Part shown: in pieces, positions 58,368-64,000 of the stretch
Layout of the letters: each line of letters opens with the position of its first letter
How positions within the stretch are numbered: the first letter of the stretch is position 1
NCBI GenBank assembly: GCA_037127735.1
Contig: JBAXXU010000010.1
Coordinates: forward strand, 883-64,882
From: Bacteroidota bacterium
GTDB taxonomy: Bacteria; Bacteroidota; Bacteroidia; Bacteroidales; VadinHA17
DNA length: 64,000 nucleotides
Direction: 5' to 3'
Translations under genes and position numbers: made by a program
Notes under the pieces: generated by a model
What the model saw: the letters and a program-made list of their open reading frames with translations, nothing else
Told to the model about the DNA's origin: nothing
Databases searched by the model: none

Positions 58368-59191
58368 TCAAACAACAAGAGATTAGTAGGTTGGCGAATA
58401 ATGAAGGAGTCAGGCCACAACAGATGGAAAAAGATTATATCATATCATGGATATTATGGGGAATCTATAACCATGATAACCTAAAAGATGCATTGATATT
58501 TAAGGGAGGCACATGCCTGAAGAAAATCCATTTTGAGGATTATCGATTCTCGGAAGATATTGATTTCACTCTTAACCCGGCTCTGAAACAAACCATAACA
58601 GATAAAGAGATATATGATTCATTTAATGACATTTTTACTAAAATCAAAGATGATGCTAATATTAATCTGTCAATTCCGGAAGACTCAAAAGAGGTTCATG
58701 AGTCAGGTGGAATGAAATTCTTTATTGATTATACTGGCCCACTGGGAGGGAAAGGAGATCACGTAAAAACAGATATTTCCAGGGGGGAGAAATTAGAATT
58801 TGATGTTGAGCAAAGAACAATGTTAAATCAATACTCCGATATTGAGAAAGAAGGTGTTATCATAATTCAGAGCTATGGGCTTGAAGAAATCGTCATTGAA
58901 AAAATGGCTGCTTTAATGGGCAGAACTATACCACGGGATTTATATGATTTTGAATACTTAACAAACACTGAAGGAATCGAATTACAAGACGTCTTTATCG
59001 AATTTCAACGGAAAGCTGAACATAAAGGTCATAACCCCGGCGAATTTGTTCAAAAAGTTACTGAGAAAGAAAAAATTCTTGAAAAAGCATGGACAGAGAA
59101 TCTTAGCCATCAAATCAAAGACCTTCAGAAATTCAAAGATGTCTGGCGTGATTTCAATAAGCAGCTTAGGAAATTTGAAAAATGTAAGTGA
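58364..59191 (+). CDS. AbiEii/AbiGii-family nucleotidyltransferase toxin
   Basis: 275 aa with the NTase motif FKGGTCLKKIHFEDYRFSEDIDFTL. Confidence 0.85.
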   Translation: MIKQQEISRLANNEGVRPQQMEKDYIISWILWGIYNHDNLKDALIFKGGTCLKKIHFEDYRFSEDIDFTLNPALKQTITDKEIYDSFNDIFTKIKDDANINLSIPEDSKEVHESGGMKFFIDYTGPLGGKGDHVKTDISRGEKLEFDVEQRTMLNQYSDIEKEGVIIIQSYGLEEIVIEKMAALMGRTIPRDLYDFEYLTNTEGIELQDVFIEFQRKAEHKGHNPGEFVQKVTEKEKILEKAWTENLSHQIKDLQKFKDVWRDFNKQLRKFEKCK

Positions 59192-59219
59192 AACATCAAT
59201 CCATAGACTTTTGCTTCTC

Positions 59220-59390
59220 TCATTTCCAAATAAGTTTATTCCGGTCAAGTGGCCTTGTACCGAGTTCCTGACCAAATAACATCAGAACCTGATTTACTTT
59301 ATCCATACTCAGAGTAATCTTTCCCTGCTCAAGATCACGAACAAAGCGCAGCCCTACACCTGCTTTTTCAGTTTTAAATTTTAACGCCAT
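59220..59390 (-). pseudogene. small XRE/Y4mF-like HTH gene fragment (copy B)
   Basis: MALKFKTEKAGVGLRFVRDLEQGKITLSMDKVNQVLMLFGQEL... It is nearly identical to copy A over the repeat, and the sequence diverges upstream of the EKAGVG codons. Confidence 0.45.
59229..59377. repeat. 149-bp direct repeat, copy B
   Basis: See copy A at 57289-57437. Confidence 0.9.
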
Positions 59391-59782
59391 AAAAACTGAT
59401 ACCACTTTCCGGCAAAAGAACATCGTCAATGTCCAGGTATAATTAAATCAACATCTTACTGCCGATTGACTGGTTGTTTGTATGTTATGTTTTGGGAGAT
59501 TGAAATTTATTTATTATCTTGTCAAAAATGCATCCATATCACTTGCATTCAGGGGAAGAATATCTTCTTATTTATATATTTTGGGGTTATGAAATCAATT
59601 CAACATGAATCGTTAATAACCGGCAAAACATTTTTATCGGCTGGCGGGTCAACAATATCTGATATGCCTGCTTTTAACATGATACATACAACTTCTAACT
59701 CCGTTTTTCAATATTCATCGAAAACGACGGAGGTTAATTTCTTACAAAAAATCGGAAAACACGGAAATAAAAAAGAATCAAA

Positions 59783-60562
59783 ATGAAACTAAAACTTCTA
59801 CTGTTAACCGGATTGTTTGGCTTTATTATCGGCAATAATTGCATCTCACAGGTAATCGTCGATTCGAAAGCAGTGGTAAGTAATGTTGACTTTAACCTGA
59901 TTAATGAGGAGTTGGTTATTACTTACGATATTGAAAATTCAAGGCCGGGGGAACTCTTTCTAGTGAAGGTCAATATTCTGACTGAAACAGGTAAAGCTAT
60001 CAGTGCAAAATCATTAAAGGGCGACGTGGGCGGGAATGTTTCAGGTGGATTACAGAAAAAAATAATCTGGGAGATCTCGAAGGATATTGCATTTCTCGAC
60101 GATAAAATTTCCGTGGAAGTAGAGGCTGTTAATCAGAATCCAAAGCTGATACATCCTGTCAGTAAAGGAATAGCACTTCTGTTATCAACTGTTTATCCGG
60201 GTTTGGGCAGTTCCAAAATTACCCTGAAAGGCTATCACCTGATAAAAGGTGTTGCGGCTTATGGATCGTTGGCCGGCTCTTTCTTGTATCAACAGAAATC
60301 AGACCGGTCAGCCCTTGATTATGATGCGGCTGTTACTGCCGCTGACAGGGATAAGTATTTCGCTGCAAACCACGATCAGAAACAGCTGTCAAAAATCCTG
60401 ATGTACACTGCAGGAGCTATCTGGTTGATAGATTATATTACTGTTCTTGCTTCAGAAAACCGTTCACAAAAAAAAGGATTTAAAAGCAAGATTGTATATC
60501 TGGGCCCTGCAATCGGTTCACAATCTTATGTTGCCGGGATGACAATGATTTGCAATTTTTAA
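59783..60562 (+). CDS. secreted/membrane protein: N-terminal beta-sandwich-like domain plus a DUF5683-like two-TM region
   Basis: 259 aa with a signal peptide (CIS-QV). YPGLGSSKITLKGYHLIKGVAAYGSLAG resembles the PGLGQ block of the DUF5683-like protein at 37352. Its stop is 1 nt before the caspase gene ATG. Confidence 0.4.
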   Translation: MKLKLLLLTGLFGFIIGNNCISQVIVDSKAVVSNVDFNLINEELVITYDIENSRPGELFLVKVNILTETGKAISAKSLKGDVGGNVSGGLQKKIIWEISKDIAFLDDKISVEVEAVNQNPKLIHPVSKGIALLLSTVYPGLGSSKITLKGYHLIKGVAAYGSLAGSFLYQQKSDRSALDYDAAVTAADRDKYFAANHDQKQLSKILMYTAGAIWLIDYITVLASENRSQKKGFKSKIVYLGPAIGSQSYVAGMTMICNF

Positions 60563-60563
60563 A

Positions 60564-62288
60564 ATGAAAAACATGAAAAATATTCTTGTTACATTTTTAT
60601 GCATGTTGGTTTCAGCATCTGTTTCATCGCAAACAGGGACCTCTTCTGCTTCCAAAAGCAAGACAAAGCAAATTACATACAAAAGGAATGTGAATACAAA
60701 TGCAGTAAGGCTTTTACCCGACCTCCAGATTACCGACCAGGAATACTCTGATCAAAATGGCAACAATATTATTGATGCAGATGAAAATGCAACAATAAAA
60801 TTTAAACTCCGGAATAAGGGAGAAGGCGAGGCCCAGCAGGTCAACATAAAGATTACACTTATAAACGGAGCTGTTCAGGGGCTTGATTACCCTCAGTTGC
60901 AAGCCATTGGAATTGTTTATCCTACTCAGTCAAAAGATATTTCGATTCCTTTAACAGGTAACCTCGATCTGATAAGCAGTAAAGCCAAATTTAAAATTGA
61001 AGCTGTTGAAAAAAACGGTTTGGATGCTTTTCCTTTAGAGATGGAAATCCAGACTAAGGAATTTAGTAAACCGGAGGTTGTTGTTGCCGATGCTGTTTTC
61101 AGCACTGAAGATGGCGGAAAAATAAAATTGAACTCCCCCATAAACCTGAAGGTCCTTGTTCAGAATATAGGAGCCGGAGAGGCTAAGAATGTAAATGCTG
61201 AATTTTTCCTCGAAAATGCTAATTGTATTATGCTCGATGCTACAAATAAAGTTAAAATAGGTACTCTTAAGGTAGGTGAATCAAAGGAACTGAATTTTAT
61301 TTTTACAGCTACAAGGCAATATTCTTTCGATAAGATCCCGGTTACAGTTGCATTATCTGAAAGCTATGGAAAATATGCTGAGAATAAGTCTGTTTCAGTA
61401 GGGTTGGGGCAGAATCTTGCTGTTAATAGTGCAGTTGTAATAAAGGGAACAGAAACGGAGAAAACTTCTGTTGAAAGAGCTTCGTTAACCGCGGAGGTGG
61501 ACAAGGATATTCCTGTTAATCCGGTAAAGTATCCCGGCAGGATATGCCTGATTATCGGGAACGAGGATTATAAAAGTCAACAGCGCGACATAAATTCAGA
61601 GGCTAATGTTAAGTATGCCAGGAACGATGCCATGATATTCGGTGAATATGCTAAAAATACATTAGGTGTTGAAGATGAAAACATGTTTCTTCTTATAAAT
61701 GCCACCTCGGGAACGATGCTTCAGAATATCGACCTGGTAAGCAGGCTCGCTTCGAGGATTGGCACCGGGGCAGAAATAATTTTCTTTTATGCCGGTCACG
61801 GGCTCCCTGACGAAACAACAAAAACACCTTATCTGATACCAGTTGATCTATCCGGAACCAACCTAAGCGCTGCCATTAAATTATCGGATATCTACAAAAA
61901 ACTTGGAGAGAGCGGCTCAGGCAAAGTTACTATTTTTCTTGATGCCTGTTTTTCAGGAGGTGGCCGCGAGTCCGGGTTACTGGCAGCCAGGGGGGTAAAG
62001 ATAATACCCAAAGAGGAAAACCTTACAGGAAATGTTGTAGTGTTCACAGCCTCGAGTGGCGAGCAGTCGGCATTACCTTATGATGCAAAGCAACATGGTA
62101 TGTTCACCTATTTCCTGCTGAAAAAACTGCAGGAATCCTCCGGCGATGTAACTTACATTGAATTAAGGGATTATATTTCAAAAAATGTTGCAATTGAATC
62201 ATTGAGGATAAATGCAAAGGAACAGGATCCTGCAACAAATGTCAGCCCCATGGTTGAAAATGTATGGAAAACATGGAAGATCAATTAA
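60564..62288 (+). CDS. secreted caspase-family (peptidase C14) protein with two N-terminal CARDB-like Ig domains
   Basis: 574 aa with a signal peptide (VSS-QTG). Catalytic dyad context FFYAGHG and IFLDACFSGG. Confidence 0.85.
   Translation: MKNMKNILVTFLCMLVSASVSSQTGTSSASKSKTKQITYKRNVNTNAVRLLPDLQITDQEYSDQNGNNIIDADENATIKFKLRNKGEGEAQQVNIKITLINGAVQGLDYPQLQAIGIVYPTQSKDISIPLTGNLDLISSKAKFKIEAVEKNGLDAFPLEMEIQTKEFSKPEVVVADAVFSTEDGGKIKLNSPINLKVLVQNIGAGEAKNVNAEFFLENANCIMLDATNKVKIGTLKVGESKELNFIFTATRQYSFDKIPVTVALSESYGKYAENKSVSVGLGQNLAVNSAVVIKGTETEKTSVERASLTAEVDKDIPVNPVKYPGRICLIIGNEDYKSQQRDINSEANVKYARNDAMIFGEYAKNTLGVEDENMFLLINATSGTMLQNIDLVSRLASRIGTGAEIIFFYAGHGLPDETTKTPYLIPVDLSGTNLSAAIKLSDIYKKLGESGSGKVTIFLDACFSGGGRESGLLAARGVKIIPKEENLTGNVVVFTASSGEQSALPYDAKQHGMFTYFLLKKLQESSGDVTYIELRDYISKNVAIESLRINAKEQDPATNVSPMVENVWKTWKIN
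60899..60994 (+). repeat. 96-bp segment inside the caspase-like gene that is duplicated at 53778-53873
   Basis: See the partner entry at 53778-53873. Confidence 0.85.
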
Positions 62289-62303
62289 TCAAAAACGAAT
62301 AAG

Positions 62304-63953
62304 ATGAAACCCAACCCCGGATATTTCCACCGAACCATCGTGTTTGCATCCATCATAACAATCATTTTATTTTCCTGCAAAAAAGATGACCTCAAACGCA
62401 CTGCAAAGGTTGAGACAAAAACCGTCTCGGAAATACTGGCAATCACCGCAAAGGGTACAGGTGACATCATTGACCTTGGTACCGGTATTTCCGACCATGG
62501 TCATTGTTGGAGTCTTTCCACAACACCCACGATTGCTGACTCAAAAACTTCATTCGGTGTAATTGCGAATACAGGTATCTTTACAAGCGAGCTACAGGAT
62601 CTGTTACCCGGGAAAACATACTATTTCAGGGCGTATGTTATAAGCAATAATGAAACATTATATGGTACAGCTGTGTCTTTTACTACAGCTGCTAACCCTG
62701 TGTACCTTAGCTCTACTTTTTGGAATGCTACTCCTTCTATTTTAGAGATGACTTATGATCTGACTTTAACAAATATTGCACCCGCTACTTCTGCCTTTAC
62801 GGTTCAGGTTAATTCTGTTACAAGAACAGTAAATAGTGTTGCAATTTCCGGTACAAAAGTGCAGCTGACTCTATCAAGCGCTGTTGTTTATGGGGATATT
62901 GTAACAGTAGCTTATACTAAACCCGGAAACAATCCATTACAGACAGTTTCAGGAGGACAGGCGGCAACTATCACCGCTCAGACTGTTACAAATACCATTG
63001 ATCCACCGCAAGTACCCGGAGCGCCAACAATAGGAACAGCGACTGCAGGAAATGGCCAGGCAACGGTAACATTTACGGCTCCGGTTAGTAATGGAGGTTC
63101 TGCAATAACGGGTTACACGGTAACTTCAAGTCCGGGTAATATTACAGCCGCCGGTACTGCCAGCCCTATTACAGTAACTGGCCTTACCAATGGAACAGCT
63201 TATACTTTCACTGTTGTTGCCACAAACGCCAATGGCAACAGTTTGCCGAGTTCTGCTTCAAATTCAGTAACACCTTCAGCGCCTTCAACAACCGTATCCG
63301 ACATTGACGGTAATACTTACAATACAGTTACTATTGGCTCACAGGTATGGATGGCAGAGAACCTGAAGACAACGAAATACAACGATAATTCAACTATTCC
63401 ACCAGTTACAGATAATACTGCATGGGCTGCTGCAACCACAGGCGCCTATAGCGATTACAATAATGATCCTGTAAATTCAACTACCTATGGGAGACTTTAC
63501 AACTGGTATGCAGTAGATAATAATGCGGCTACGAAGGTGGCCAGCAACGGGGGCAAAAATGTTTGCCCCACGAGCTGGCATGTGCCAAGTGATGCCGAGT
63601 GGACTACACTCACCGATTATCTTACAAACAACGGTTATGGTTACGAGGGCAGCGGGAGCGACATAGCAAAATCTATGGCATCTACATCAGGTTGGGTTAC
63701 AGACCCAACAGCAGGTAATGTTGGTAACGACCAAGCAAGTAACAATAGCAGTGGTTTTACAGCCCTGCCGGGTGGCTACCGTTTCTACAGTGGAGCATAC
63801 TACTTCATTGGGTACTACGGTTACTGGTGGTGTTCTACGGAGTACTCAGCTACTTACGCCTGGACCAGGTACATGTACTACGGTAACGCCACTGTAGGCA
63901 GGAGCCACGACGATAAGCGATCTGGCTTTTCTGTTCGGTGTGTCAGGGATTGA
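62304..63953 (+). CDS. surface lipoprotein with Ig/FN3-like repeats and a C-terminal Fibrobacter succinogenes major paralogous (FISUMP) domain
   Basis: 549 aa with lipobox LFSC followed by KKDD (similar to the Bacteroidota lipoprotein export signal) and an FN3-like PGAPTIG...YTFTVVATNANG. FISUMP blocks DIDGNTYNTVTIGSQVWMAENL, YGRLYNWYAV, CPTSWHVPSDAEW and FSVRCVRD. Confidence 0.85.
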   Translation: MKPNPGYFHRTIVFASIITIILFSCKKDDLKRTAKVETKTVSEILAITAKGTGDIIDLGTGISDHGHCWSLSTTPTIADSKTSFGVIANTGIFTSELQDLLPGKTYYFRAYVISNNETLYGTAVSFTTAANPVYLSSTFWNATPSILEMTYDLTLTNIAPATSAFTVQVNSVTRTVNSVAISGTKVQLTLSSAVVYGDIVTVAYTKPGNNPLQTVSGGQAATITAQTVTNTIDPPQVPGAPTIGTATAGNGQATVTFTAPVSNGGSAITGYTVTSSPGNITAAGTASPITVTGLTNGTAYTFTVVATNANGNSLPSSASNSVTPSAPSTTVSDIDGNTYNTVTIGSQVWMAENLKTTKYNDNSTIPPVTDNTAWAAATTGAYSDYNNDPVNSTTYGRLYNWYAVDNNAATKVASNGGKNVCPTSWHVPSDAEWTTLTDYLTNNGYGYEGSGSDIAKSMASTSGWVTDPTAGNVGNDQASNNSSGFTALPGGYRFYSGAYYFIGYYGYWWCSTEYSATYAWTRYMYYGNATVGRSHDDKRSGFSVRCVRD

Positions 63954-64000
63954 TTTGACTATTGGTCTATTTGTCAATTTCAATTAATACCGCGAAGCGG

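Larger units (their letters stand above)
53874..59429. other. toxin-antitoxin / abortive-infection gene island
   Basis: Contains an XRE-HipA module, two AbiE-type modules and two small HTH gene fragments. It sits between core genes (DUF4290-murA) and the caspase operon. No mobility gene is present. Confidence 0.5.

Noticed and set aside
59466-59786. 106-aa ORF upstream of the caspase operon
   Set aside because: It has a non-ATG start, no recognisable features and a composition like the surrounding AT-rich leader. I treat the region as non-coding upstream sequence.
53778-60994. The 96-bp repeat pair as a diversity-generating retroelement template/variable repeat pair
   Set aside because: Of the 10 mismatches, 7 have A in the gene copy and 3 have A in the relic copy. 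The differences are therefore not confined to adenines of one copy. No reverse transcriptase gene lies in the window, and the segment is in an N-terminal Ig-like domain and not in a C-terminal lectin-fold variable region.

Overview
This 64-kb window is chromosomal sequence that looks like a Bacteroidota genome. That assignment rests on several observations: TAnnTTTG -7 boxes ahead of many genes, the DUF4290-murA, DUF4492-cydAB and parA-parB-DUF5683-LysM transglycosylase gene orders, a FISUMP lipoprotein, and Gln after predicted signal-peptide cleavage sites. About 50 kb (3.5-53.7 kb) is housekeeping core. It includes priA, lon, coaD, pyrE, birA, rsfS, ftsH, cdsA, psd, an FprA flavodiiron protein, cydAB, pssA, parAB, hydF, aspA, dnaJ, grpE, murA and tRNA-His. 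Two accessory segments flank this core. The left one (1-3.5 kb) holds a truncated ORF, a roughly 750-bp non-coding stretch with an oriented motif array and long-range complementary segments, a HepT/MntA toxin-antitoxin pair, and a long tyrosine recombinase. The right one (53.7-64 kb) holds an XRE/HipA module with a truncated HipA and two different AbiE-type modules, each followed by a copy of a 149-bp repeat encoding part of a small HTH protein. It ends with a three-gene envelope operon: a DUF5683-like membrane protein, a secreted caspase-like protease and a FISUMP lipoprotein. A 96-bp relic of the caspase gene marks the left edge of this island. A small ParE toxin-antitoxin islet sits between hydF and aspA. 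Several intergenic regions share simple heptamer arrays and C6/G6 hairpins. I saw no rRNA, CRISPR array or transposase. I recognised no complete defence system beyond the toxin-antitoxin modules. The most unusual items are the structured non-coding element at 0.55-0.9 kb, the repeat-bracketed toxin-antitoxin cassettes, and a 995-aa SGNH-MBOAT fusion next to a lytic transglycosylase. All functional calls come from reading motifs in the supplied translations. No database search was run.
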